Source: Candidatus Kapaibacterium sp. (GTDB lineage: Bacteria; Bacteroidota; Ignavibacteria; Kapaibacteriales; NICIL-2). Taken from it: DNA of 64,000 bases. A model generated the notes under the pieces. It ran no database searches. It was not told the origin of the DNA and saw only the letters and a program-made list of their open reading frames with translations. This document shows, in pieces, positions 29,179 through 37,934 of the stretch; position 1 is the stretch's first letter, and every line of letters begins with the position of its first letter. Where the stretch lies: positions 741,189 through 805,188 of the forward strand of contig BPHJ01000001.1 in NCBI GenBank assembly GCA_026003475.1, written 5' to 3'. Position numbers and translations under genes: made by a program.

Positions 29179-29829
29179 ATGGCAAAAGTCGAAGTCGAAA
29201 TACTTGGTTTGTCCGCAAGTAGCACGGGCAGCAATGGTGCGTACGCCCTCATCCTCAAGGAAAAAGGGGGAGAGAGGCAACTTCCCATTGTCATTGGTGC
29301 GCCAGAAGCGCAGGCGATTGCTGCTGAATTAGAGGGATTGCGGCCAACGCGTCCGCTGACGCATGATTTACTCAAAAACATCATCGAGCAAGCCGGTGGC
29401 AGCGTTGCCGAAGTCTGCATTGTGGCGCTGCGCGAGAGCATCTTTTACGCAGAAATCACCATCGATGGTCTCGATCTGCATGTGGATGCGCGCCCAAGTG
29501 ATGCCGTTGCTTTGGCCGTTCGCTTCGGTGCTCCGATCTACGTGATGGATTCGGTTCTCGATGAAGCCGGTATCGTCGCCAGTATGGTGGACGATTCGTT
29601 CGATGATGACAGTGACGATGACGACGATGACGACGACGATCTGATGCGACTGCTCCAGCAAAGCGAGGAAGGGGAAGAGCAGGAGCGTCCATCTCCACCG
29701 CAAAAGATGCCAGCATCGCGTTTAGAACAGCTTCGCCGGCAGCTTGAGCAAGCAATCCGTGACGAAGACTACGAGCGGGCTGCCCAGCTTCGCGACGAAA
29801 TACAGCGACTGGAAGGAACCAAACACTAA
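29179..29829 (+). CDS. Bifunctional nuclease (DUF151) family protein with acidic linker and C-terminal UVR domain
   Basis: LPIVIGAPEAQAI, RPLTHDL, DARPSDAVALA; C-terminal AIRDEDYERAAQLRDEI. TAATTTTG at 29138-29145. Confidence 0.9.
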   Translation: MAKVEVEILGLSASSTGSNGAYALILKEKGGERQLPIVIGAPEAQAIAAELEGLRPTRPLTHDLLKNIIEQAGGSVAEVCIVALRESIFYAEITIDGLDLHVDARPSDAVALAVRFGAPIYVMDSVLDEAGIVASMVDDSFDDDSDDDDDDDDDLMRLLQQSEEGEEQERPSPPQKMPASRLEQLRRQLEQAIRDEDYERAAQLRDEIQRLEGTKH

Positions 29830-29837
29830 TTGTGCGT

Positions 29838-29911
29838 GCCGAGATAGCTCAGTCGGTTAGAGCAGCGGAATCATAATCCGCGTGTCGGGGGTTCGAATCC
29901 CTCTCTCGGCA
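29838..29911 (+). tRNA. tRNA with CAT anticodon, most likely elongator tRNA-Met (tRNA-Ile2 not excluded)
   Basis: Acceptor stem GCCGAGA/TCTCGGC (G1-C72 paired, so not initiator), anticodon arm GCGGA-ATCATAA-TCCGC, GGTTCGAATCC. No CCA. Confidence 0.93.
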
Positions 29912-29920
29912 CTATCGCCC

Positions 29921-29954
29921 GCGCAGCCTCGTCCATGGGGCTGCGCATTGTGTT
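29921..29954 (+). terminator. Hairpin downstream of tRNA-Met, possible terminator or processing stem
   Basis: GCGCAGCCTC-GTCCAT-GGGGCTGCGC followed by a weak U-tract (ATTGTGTT). Confidence 0.45.
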
Positions 29955-29973
29955 CGTACTGCTAATCCCTCCG

Positions 29974-31212
29974 ATGAAAAGTGTTGACCTTCGTCCTGCG
30001 ACTGAGCTCGAAAATGCCTTTTTCACATCGTACTGCTCCAACGGTCGCACGGTAACATTTTTTGGAGATGCGCACCCATACTATGCGGGCAGTGTCGTTC
30101 GTGCTATGGCGAGTGCGCGGAATGGCTATCGAGAGATTTCCGCCCTCTTCGCCGAGGATATCGCGGCTGCAGAGCAGAACGATACACCCGATGATAGCAA
30201 TGAGGAACTTGCCGTGTTCTTTGCGCGATTACGGCAGGACTACCGTGCCACCGTTGTTCGAATTGAACGTCTGACGCCAACCATCGTCGAACTGATCGTT
30301 CGTGCGCCAGCAGCAGCGCGGAAATTTCGACCGGGACAGTTCTACCGACTTCAGAATTACGCCTCAACAGCGCCCATCGTTGGTGGGCAACGGTTGGTGA
30401 TGGAAGCTCTCGCTATGACTGGTGCCTGGACGGATCCCCAGGCGGGATTACTCTCCATGATTGCTCTCGAAGTTGGTGCTTCCACACGTATGATTTCCCA
30501 CCTTGCAGTTGGTGGAGAAGTGGTCGTCATGGGACCAACAGGCACGCCAACACATATTCCCTACGGCGAGAATGTCTTGCTCTGTGGTGGTGGGCTGGGA
30601 AATGCAGTGTTGTTCTCGATCGCCCACGCACTGAAGGCACACCAGTGCCGAGTGATCTATTTCGCTGGCTACCGCAATGGTGCGGACGTCTTCAAAATGG
30701 ACCATATCGAGGCAGCTACCGACCAGGTCATATGGTGTACCGATGCTGGCGAGCCGATCGTGCCGCGCCGCCCTCAGGATCGTCATTGGCGTGGGACCAT
30801 CATCGAAGCAATGGTTGCCTACCACCAAGGACAGCTCGGCATGCCGCTGATACCGTTCAACTCGATTCACCGCATCATTGCAATCGGCAGCGATGGGATG
30901 ATGAATGCGGTGCGGCAAGCGCGGAAGACAGTCTTGCAAACAGCGTTTAGACCGCACATCGCCATCGGCTCGATCAATTCCCCGATGCAGTGCATGATGA
31001 AAGAAATCTGTGCACAGTGTCTACAAAAACACCGCGATCCGGAAACCGGCCGCGAAGTTGTACCGGTGTTCTCCTGCTTCAACCAGGACCAAGAACTCGA
31101 CCGTGTGGATTTCGACAATCTGCGCGACCGGTTGCGCATGAATAGCGTCCTGGAAACTCTCGGTACTTCGTGGCTGGAGTATCTGCTAAGCTACGAGCAA
31201 ATGGTTGGTTGA
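29974..31212 (+). CDS. FAD/NAD-binding oxidoreductase with PyrK/NfnA-like 2Fe-2S domain; probably the C-terminal part of a larger fused oxidoreductase
   Basis: FRPGQFYRLQ, MGPTGTP, GGGLGNA, AIGSDGMM, SPMQCMMKEICAQC...FSC. The N-terminus (FFGDAHPYYAGSVVRAMASA) resembles the tail of a GltD-like domain. ATG 29935 lies in the hairpin loop, so 29974 is preferred. Confidence 0.75.
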   Translation: MKSVDLRPATELENAFFTSYCSNGRTVTFFGDAHPYYAGSVVRAMASARNGYREISALFAEDIAAAEQNDTPDDSNEELAVFFARLRQDYRATVVRIERLTPTIVELIVRAPAAARKFRPGQFYRLQNYASTAPIVGGQRLVMEALAMTGAWTDPQAGLLSMIALEVGASTRMISHLAVGGEVVVMGPTGTPTHIPYGENVLLCGGGLGNAVLFSIAHALKAHQCRVIYFAGYRNGADVFKMDHIEAATDQVIWCTDAGEPIVPRRPQDRHWRGTIIEAMVAYHQGQLGMPLIPFNSIHRIIAIGSDGMMNAVRQARKTVLQTAFRPHIAIGSINSPMQCMMKEICAQCLQKHRDPETGREVVPVFSCFNQDQELDRVDFDNLRDRLRMNSVLETLGTSWLEYLLSYEQMVG

Positions 31213-31229
31213 ATAACTTCTCTTTGACG

Positions 31230-32765
31230 ATGCCAGATACAGCACTCGAACCCCGTGCAGCATACATCGAAGCTCTCGAGATCATGCGTACAGCAAGCGA
31301 TCTTGGGGCTGCGTCGGCGCTCCTAGGCTGGGACCAAGAGACGTACATGCCACCTGCTGCTGCAGCTGCACGCGCAGATCAACTTTCCACGCTCAGCGCA
31401 GTTACCCATAGCATCGTCACCAGCGATCGGGCGGTTTGCTTGGCTGAATTCTTCCGGGATAACCTCCGACATCTCAATGGAGAGTTGAGCGACTGGGAGA
31501 AACGGATCGCAAGAGTGTTCACTCGTGATGTGCTTCGTGCGATTCGGTTACCGGAAACATTTGTGCGCCGGAAAACACAGGTGACCGCACTTGCGCAGGA
31601 AGCATGGAAACAAGCGCGCCAGCAGGCATCTTTTGCGCTCTTTCGGGACCATCTTGCACAGATCATCGAACTGGCTATTGAAGAAGCGGAGCTGCGAGGC
31701 TATCAAGATCACCGCTACAATGCGCTGTTGGACCTCTACGAACCAGGTCTAACTGTAGGCACTCTCGATCCGGTCTTCCGTCGCTTGGAACAAGCAACAA
31801 TCGAAATCCTCCGCTTTGTTCGGGATGCTGGGCATGTGCCCGATGATTCGATTCTCAAGCAACACTTTCCTGGACAGGCACAGCTTGCTGCGGCGCAGAG
31901 CATCATTGCTCAGATGGGGTTCGACTTCTCGGCTGGTCGTGTGGATCTGTCGGCACACCCTTTTTGCACCTCGTTTGCAATTGCTGATGTTCGCTTGACC
32001 ACACGCATCAATGAACGAGATCTTCGCTCGTGTCTTTTCGGGTTGATCCACGAAGCAGGTCATGGACTCTATGAGCAAGGTATGCGCTCGGACCTGGAAC
32101 GAACGTTCGCTCGGGATGGCGCTTCGATGGGTATTCATGAATCCCAATCCCTGTTTTGGGAAAACATCATTGCTCGATCGGAAGAATTTTGGCACTGGGC
32201 GTTGCCGATACTGCGCGCCTATTTCCCCGAACAACTTTCAGATGTGTCTCCACAGGCGATGTACGCTGCTATCAACCGCGTCGAGCCTTCGCACTACCGG
32301 ATCGAATCTGATGAAGTGACCTACAACCTGCATATCATTCTGCGTTACCGTCTCGAGAAAGCCATGCTCGAAGGAACGTTGACTGCCGACGACATCCCGC
32401 ACGTGTGGAATGCGCTCACAGAAGAACTGCTCGGCTTGACTGTGCACAACGATGCGCAAGGATGCCTACAAGACATTCATTGGTCGTTCGGCGGGATTGG
32501 GTATTTCCCCAGCTATACGCTCGGAAAGCTCTATGCTGCAATGTTGCGGAGTGCGCTCTTGCGTGCAATGCCTGATGCGCCGGATCACGTTCGTCGTGGC
32601 GACTTTTCGCCGATTCGGCAATGGCTCCGAGAGGTGGTCCATCAATGGGGACGAACGATGGAACCATCAGAGCTGATCAGTGCAGCAACGGGTCAGCCCT
32701 TGAGCGAAGAACCGTTCGTGGCGTACGTATGGGAAAAAGTCAAGCGGGTGTACGGCCAGGAATGA
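31230..32765 (+). CDS. M32 thermostable metallocarboxypeptidase
   Basis: LGWDQETYMP, SAHPF, HEAGHGLYEQ, HESQS, RIESDEVTYNLH, GCLQDIHW, GYFPSYTLG. Confidence 0.95.
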   Translation: MPDTALEPRAAYIEALEIMRTASDLGAASALLGWDQETYMPPAAAAARADQLSTLSAVTHSIVTSDRAVCLAEFFRDNLRHLNGELSDWEKRIARVFTRDVLRAIRLPETFVRRKTQVTALAQEAWKQARQQASFALFRDHLAQIIELAIEEAELRGYQDHRYNALLDLYEPGLTVGTLDPVFRRLEQATIEILRFVRDAGHVPDDSILKQHFPGQAQLAAAQSIIAQMGFDFSAGRVDLSAHPFCTSFAIADVRLTTRINERDLRSCLFGLIHEAGHGLYEQGMRSDLERTFARDGASMGIHESQSLFWENIIARSEEFWHWALPILRAYFPEQLSDVSPQAMYAAINRVEPSHYRIESDEVTYNLHIILRYRLEKAMLEGTLTADDIPHVWNALTEELLGLTVHNDAQGCLQDIHWSFGGIGYFPSYTLGKLYAAMLRSALLRAMPDAPDHVRRGDFSPIRQWLREVVHQWGRTMEPSELISAATGQPLSEEPFVAYVWEKVKRVYGQE

Positions 32766-32805
32766 TGTTAGGTGGTTGGGTTTTATTTTTGCAACGAAAA
32801 ATTCA

Positions 32806-32878
32806 GCCAACATAGCTCAGCTGGTAGAGCAGCTCACTCGTAATGAGCAGGTCACCGGTTCGAGTCCGGTTGTTGGCT
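32806..32878 (+). tRNA. tRNA-Thr(CGT)
   Basis: Acceptor stem GCCAACA/TGTTGGC, anticodon arm GCTCA-CTCGTAA-TGAGC, GGTTCGAGTCC. TATTTTTG at 32784-32791. No CCA. Confidence 0.96.
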
Positions 32879-32883
32879 CCGGG

Positions 32884-32918
32884 TCGCCTGGTGCTGCATG
32901 CACCAGGCGATTTTTTTT
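32884..32918 (+). terminator. Rho-independent terminator after tRNA-Thr
   Basis: Perfect 11-bp stem TCGCCTGGTGC/GCACCAGGCGA, 5-nt loop, followed by T8. Confidence 0.9.
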
Positions 32919-32978
32919 CGTAACTTTTTTGAGTCGGTGACGTAGCTTGCGCATCGGATTGCTTGAAGAAATTCACCA

Positions 32979-35054
32979 ATGACCAGCCCTCATTCGACGT
33001 CACAGCGTCTGCCCATTGCAAGCGTGCTTGTTGCGATTGCTGCAGGGGAACTATTCCATCTGATTATGTCGAGCGTTCTCGAGGTTGTCGGTGATGTTGT
33101 GCCTAGTTGGCTGGAACAGTTGCTGCGCATCCTCGATGGTGCCGTGGCAAGTGGGGTATTCTTGCTACTTGTCTGGTTGGTCGTGAAGCTAAGCGATCCA
33201 GTTGCTTCTCCGCCACAGCCAGAGCAATTTGAGCGTTGGATGCGGTGGGGTGTCCTTGGCTATCTCGCGGTTGTTGTCTTTCCGTCGTTGGCCGTAGAGG
33301 GCATTGCTGCGGTGCTTGTGCATAACGTCCTTGCTGCAATGTTGCTGGGGATTGGTGTATGGAGCGCAACAGTTGTTCTGCGAGTTGTCCGAAGCTATCG
33401 GACAGCGCGAACAGCGGTTGCACTCCGAAGCTTGGGGTGGGTATTACTGGCTGCGGTGCCGATACGGTGGATTGAAGTGACTGTTGCCCCGGGGTCGCTG
33501 GAGGTAGTGTATGTGTTTCAGGGAATAGTCGTTTGTGTCTTGGTGACGCTCCTGGCGCGCCGTCGGCGGTGGTTGGGCTCTCTCTCGCGCGGACAGCGGT
33601 GGAGCCTTGGTTGGTGGACTAGTTTGGTGCTCGTGTTCTCGATCGTCGCTGCTGCAACACTTTTCGATAGCAGCACTGTGCATTCAAGGGCACTTCGACA
33701 ATGGCTCACAGGGAGCGAGCTGGTGGTCGGGTACGTGTGCCTTGCATTGGCGATGTACTCGGCAATCGCACTCGTGACCATCGTCGGCAGCGGCAGCAGC
33801 GCAGCGCGCAAGACCTTTGAGTTCGATGCCATCACCTTTTTCAACCGCTTAGTCTCGGAGCATGCCGATAGTCAACAGCTCTACGATACTGCCGTCACGC
33901 TGGCTGTTGCGTTGACTGAATCAACGGGTGCAATGTTACTTCTCCACGAGGGGGATCGGTGGGAGATTGCAGCATTGGCCGGGCTTGACTACCAGCGCGC
34001 TGCAGCACTGGAAATCCAGAGCGTTCTTGGGCATTCTCTGAGCACGGACGCGGTTGTCGTTCCATGGCTGTTCGAAGATGAGCGGTTCTTCAGGATTGCC
34101 CGGTCGGTTGAATCGTATGCACAATCGTTGATGCTGGTCCCACTGCGGGAAGGTAGCATAAGCTATGGCGCAATTGTCGTGGTAAGCACTAAGCCCTTTG
34201 CCTTCGAACAGGGCGATATTGCAGCACTGGGGGCGTTTGCGCCCGCAGTCACCATTGCTCTTGCCAATCAACGATTGCTCCGCAGCGCCATTGAGCGTGA
34301 GCGCTTGCGGCGTGAGTTGATGCTCGGCAGAGAAATTCAGAAAAAGCTGCTGCCGACTGCAGCGCCGATACTCAATGGATGGTCTGTTGCGGGATGGTCC
34401 GAACCTGCTCTCGAAGTCGGTGGTGATTACTTCGACTATTTCCAGCTCGGAGATGGTACGGCGTGTATCGTTGTTGCCGACGTTAGCGGTAAGGGTATCA
34501 GTGCAGCTTTCTACATGGCAAAGCTCAAAGGAATTTGTTTAGCTCTCGCACCGCTGTGCCGGAGCGTCCATGATTTTATTGTTCGAATTCATCGGGCTCT
34601 CGATGGTGGTGTGCTCGAGTCGCGGGTGTACATCACCTTGGCAGCAGTTGGCATCACACCAAGCGGTCGTGTCCATATTGTGCGTGCGGGACATCCTCCG
34701 CCAGTGGGGGTTACCTCGGGTGGACAGGTCCAGGTGTATTCTCCGCAGGGTATAGCGCTTGGGATGGTTAGTACCGATCGCTTTGTTGCGCTGACCCCCG
34801 TTTTGGAAATTGAGCAGACCCATCTCGATACACTCCTGCTGTTTAGTGATGGATACCTTGAAGCAGGGTTACCGACTACAGCCGAACTTGGGTTGGATGG
34901 GATTCGTCGCATGATTCAATCCCATGCAAACAACTGCTCTGCGGAAGAATTGCTCCAACGACTCAAAGGTGATCTCTCGACAATGCTCGCTTCGACGACA
35001 CAACACGACGACATAACCATGGTTATCATGAAACGTACCACCAACTCATCGTGA
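32979..35054 (+). CDS. Membrane-bound SpoIIE/RsbU-type PP2C phosphatase with multi-TM N-terminus and GAF domain
   Basis: About 8 hydrophobic segments, a GAF-like region, and AREIQ-like GREIQKKLLP, VGGDYFD, VADVSGKG, RAGH, LFSDG, QHDDIT. Confidence 0.9.
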   Translation: MTSPHSTSQRLPIASVLVAIAAGELFHLIMSSVLEVVGDVVPSWLEQLLRILDGAVASGVFLLLVWLVVKLSDPVASPPQPEQFERWMRWGVLGYLAVVVFPSLAVEGIAAVLVHNVLAAMLLGIGVWSATVVLRVVRSYRTARTAVALRSLGWVLLAAVPIRWIEVTVAPGSLEVVYVFQGIVVCVLVTLLARRRRWLGSLSRGQRWSLGWWTSLVLVFSIVAAATLFDSSTVHSRALRQWLTGSELVVGYVCLALAMYSAIALVTIVGSGSSAARKTFEFDAITFFNRLVSEHADSQQLYDTAVTLAVALTESTGAMLLLHEGDRWEIAALAGLDYQRAAALEIQSVLGHSLSTDAVVVPWLFEDERFFRIARSVESYAQSLMLVPLREGSISYGAIVVVSTKPFAFEQGDIAALGAFAPAVTIALANQRLLRSAIERERLRRELMLGREIQKKLLPTAAPILNGWSVAGWSEPALEVGGDYFDYFQLGDGTACIVVADVSGKGISAAFYMAKLKGICLALAPLCRSVHDFIVRIHRALDGGVLESRVYITLAAVGITPSGRVHIVRAGHPPPVGVTSGGQVQVYSPQGIALGMVSTDRFVALTPVLEIEQTHLDTLLLFSDGYLEAGLPTTAELGLDGIRRMIQSHANNCSAEELLQRLKGDLSTMLASTTQHDDITMVIMKRTTNSS

Positions 35055-35056
35055 CT

Positions 35057-35428
35057 ATGCAGCACGAATTCTACACTCACATTCAGCCAGTCGGTGATGG
35101 AACGATCACGATTGTCGAACTCCATGGATACCTGGATGCATACACAGCGCCTGGCTTCGACGACGTCTTGGCGCAGCTCTTCGAGGGTGGCCAGACACGT
35201 ATTGTCGTTGACTGTGCCGAACTCGATTACATCTCGAGTGCAGGGCTCGGTGTCTTCATGGGGCACATCGAGCCTTTTCGATCAGTAGGTGGCGATATTG
35301 TTCTGTGTGGGCTCAGTCCACGAATTACAGCGATCGTGGAAATGCTTGGTTTTCCCCACATCTTCCATATCTGCGCCAATCGCGAGCAGGCGATAGCGGC
35401 ATTTGGTCAGACTCCCGGTACGACGTGA
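35057..35428 (+). CDS. STAS-domain anti-sigma factor antagonist (RsbV/SpoIIAA-like)
   Basis: GYLDAYTAP, LDYISSAGLGV (phosphorylatable Ser), GGDIVL. Alternative GTG start 35051. Confidence 0.92.
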   Translation: MQHEFYTHIQPVGDGTITIVELHGYLDAYTAPGFDDVLAQLFEGGQTRIVVDCAELDYISSAGLGVFMGHIEPFRSVGGDIVLCGLSPRITAIVEMLGFPHIFHICANREQAIAAFGQTPGTT

Positions 35429-35862
35429 TGGAGAGACGATCGAGCATTCCTGAGATCGAAATTCCTGCTCGCCTCGATCAGTTGGCGGTCGTGCGCAGTT
35501 ACATCGAGCAAGGGTGTATGGAGCTCTGTGTGCCGGATCGAATTTGCTGGGTATTAGTCTTAGCAGTGGACGAGCTCTGCTCGAATATCATTCGTCACGG
35601 CTACCAGGGCAATTCGTCGGGGGTGATTACCATTCGATTAGAGCGGCAGGGAACAATGGTCATTGCTACCCTTTGCGATCAGTCGCCAGCATTCGATCCA
35701 GTTCGCTCGGATTCAACCGTACCGGTACGCCTATCGCGAAGTGGCCATGGATTGCTGCTTGCCAATCACGTGGCAACAATCCACTACCAACCGAAAAGTG
35801 ATCGTTCACAAGGCAATACCACCACGATCTCGATAGACCTGGAGAGTGCGTCGCACTCTTAG
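35428..35862 (+). CDS. RsbW/SpoIIAB-like anti-sigma factor Ser kinase (HATPase_c_2)
   Basis: LAVDELCSNIIRHGY (N box), DQSPAFDP, GHGLLL; follows the STAS gene with overlapping stop/start. Confidence 0.85.
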   Translation: MERRSSIPEIEIPARLDQLAVVRSYIEQGCMELCVPDRICWVLVLAVDELCSNIIRHGYQGNSSGVITIRLERQGTMVIATLCDQSPAFDPVRSDSTVPVRLSRSGHGLLLANHVATIHYQPKSDRSQGNTTTISIDLESASHS

Positions 35863-36356
35863 CGAGAGGGGCTTGATTCACGGTGTTGCGCCATGAGGCG
35901 ACCATCAACAAAGGTGGCATCCTTGACCAGTTCAGCCAGTGTTTTGTCCCGGATAATATCGAAGATGCGTTGGCGAATTTTTTCCCAATCGTAGTGCAAG
36001 GGGCAGGGATGATCGGGGCTGCACTTTTCGTAGCCAATCACGCAGTCGGTGACATACTGGAGGTTATCCACAGATCGTGCAACATCAAGAACCGTGATTT
36101 CGTTTGGATCACGGGCAAGACGGATACCACCGCCCGGACCTTTGGTCGAAGTGACAAGCCCGGCGTGGGTAAGGTCCTGGACTAACTTTGCTAAAAAGTA
36201 GTAGGGCATGTTATGAGCGTCGGCAATCTCTTTGGTTTGGATGTAGCGATGCCGAATGCGAGAGGATGCATCCTTAGACTTGTCTTCGTCAAGCCATCGT
36301 TTGGCAAGGTAAAGCATTGCCTGAATGGCGTATTCGGAAGCCCGGGAGAAGATCAT
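35859..36356 (-). CDS. Rrf2-family Fe-S transcriptional regulator
   Basis: MIFSRASEYAIQAM, LVTSTKGPGGG, CVIGYEKCSPDHPCPLH. Start ATG 36356; TATTTTTG on the minus strand at 36388-36395. Confidence 0.92.
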   Translation of the reverse strand: MIFSRASEYAIQAMLYLAKRWLDEDKSKDASSRIRHRYIQTKEIADAHNMPYYFLAKLVQDLTHAGLVTSTKGPGGGIRLARDPNEITVLDVARSVDNLQYVTDCVIGYEKCSPDHPCPLHYDWEKIRQRIFDIIRDKTLAELVKDATFVDGRLMAQHRESSPSR

Positions 36357-36458
36357 AGCCTGAGCAGCCAATGAGAACAAAATCATACAAAAATAGATGA
36401 TTTACTCTCTTTGGGGACAGTGTATTTTGCATGTTGTCACATCCACTCAACACGACAG

Positions 36459-37913
36459 ATGCTTGCCCAAGAAGAGTATGGCTATCCTCTCGAAAAAGTC
36501 CTCGGTACGCAACGACAGCGAACAGCAGCCAGCCAAAGTCCGCTCCTGGAGGGTAAGACACCTCCACACTCGACAGAGGCGGAATTGGCAGTTCTCGGTG
36601 CGATGTTTCTGGAGCGATCCGCCATTGCACGTACGATCGAGATTCTTGAACCGGCTGCGTTTTATCACGACCAGCACCGCAAAATCTACGAGGCAATCTT
36701 AGCACTATTCGAACGTGGCGTTCCAGTTGACATCGTCACCGTGTCCGACGAGCTTCGGCGTCGCGGTCATTTGGATTACATCGGGGGCAGTTCCAAATTG
36801 GTTGCGATCTCGACGAATGTTGTTTCCGCCTCTGCCGCTGATTATCATGCAAGGATTGTGTTGGAGCGGTACCTCAAGCGTCAACTATTGCAGACAGCCG
36901 CACGGATCGTCGAACAATCGTTCGAGGAAACTTCCGACGCACTCGATCTTATTGACCAAGCCGAAAGCGAAATATTCGCGCTGGCGGAGATGCGGCTTGG
37001 TAAATCGTACACAAGCATCAATCGGCTTGCGCGAGCGACGTTTGAACTGATCTCTCGGCTTCAAGAGCGAGGGCTTGAGCATGGGATTTCCGGGGTTCCG
37101 ACCGGTTTTGTCAAGCTCGATGAGATGCTCGGCGGACTTCAGAAGTCCGACCTGATTATCATTGCTGCGCGTCCATCGATGGGGAAGACTGCATTAGCGC
37201 TGAGTATAGCCCGGAATATTGCCGTTGAGTTCAAGTTGCCGGTGGGTTTCTTCTCGATCGAAATGGCAGGGGTGCAGATCGTCATGCGCTTGCTCAGTGC
37301 CGAAGCGAAGGTCAATGCGCATTCCATCCGTACAGGGCGACTGAGCCACGACGATATGAGCAAGATTGTCAAGACGATTGGTCGGATAGCCGATGCTCCC
37401 ATCTTCATTGACGACTCTCCCTCACTGACGCTGATGGAGTTGCGTGCCAAAGCGCGGCGACTGAAAGCAGAACACGATGTTCAGGCAATTTTTGTGGACT
37501 ACCTCCAGCTTATTCATGCCCCGAAGGCAGAAAGTCGTGAGCGGGAAATTTCCATCATATCGCGGACCCTCAAACAGATCGCCAAGGAACTCGATATCCC
37601 GATTGTTGCACTGGCGCAGCTCAACCGTAGCGTCGAATCTCGGGCTGATAAGCGTCCCATGCTTTCGGACCTCCGCGAGTCCGGTTCCATCGAACAAGAT
37701 TCCGATGTAGTCATCTTCGTGACACGTCCGGAAGTGTACGAGATCGCCACCTACGATGATGGTTCACCAACGGAGAACACTGCTGAGCTGATCATAGCCA
37801 AGCAACGGAATGGACCGATCGGGACTGTCCGAACGGCATACCTGAAAGACTATGCTCGCTTTGAGAATTTGGCGCTCAGCTTCGATGAACCCATTCCACC
37901 GGTGGGATTCTGA
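36459..37913 (+). CDS. dnaB: Replicative DNA helicase
   Basis: PPHSTEAELAVLG, AARPSMGKT, VDYLQL, QLNRSVESR, DLRESGSIEQD, AKQRNGP. No intein. Confidence 0.97.
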   Translation: MLAQEEYGYPLEKVLGTQRQRTAASQSPLLEGKTPPHSTEAELAVLGAMFLERSAIARTIEILEPAAFYHDQHRKIYEAILALFERGVPVDIVTVSDELRRRGHLDYIGGSSKLVAISTNVVSASAADYHARIVLERYLKRQLLQTAARIVEQSFEETSDALDLIDQAESEIFALAEMRLGKSYTSINRLARATFELISRLQERGLEHGISGVPTGFVKLDEMLGGLQKSDLIIIAARPSMGKTALALSIARNIAVEFKLPVGFFSIEMAGVQIVMRLLSAEAKVNAHSIRTGRLSHDDMSKIVKTIGRIADAPIFIDDSPSLTLMELRAKARRLKAEHDVQAIFVDYLQLIHAPKAESREREISIISRTLKQIAKELDIPIVALAQLNRSVESRADKRPMLSDLRESGSIEQDSDVVIFVTRPEVYEIATYDDGSPTENTAELIIAKQRNGPIGTVRTAYLKDYARFENLALSFDEPIPPVGF

Positions 37914-37934
37914 TCATTGGCAATACCACGTTTC

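Noticed and set aside
29838-32878. Segment bracketed by tRNA-Met and tRNA-Thr as a possible genomic island
   Set aside because: No integrase, no duplicated tRNA 3' end seen, and the composition and cargo (M32 peptidase) look native.
32803-33021. 72-aa minus-strand ORF
   Set aside because: It is the antisense reading of tRNA-Thr and its terminator.
36064-36072. Perfect DnaA box TTATCCACA about 390 bp upstream of dnaB
   Set aside because: Single copy inside the rrf2 coding sequence, with no cluster or AT-rich unwinding element; one hit in 64 kb is compatible with chance.
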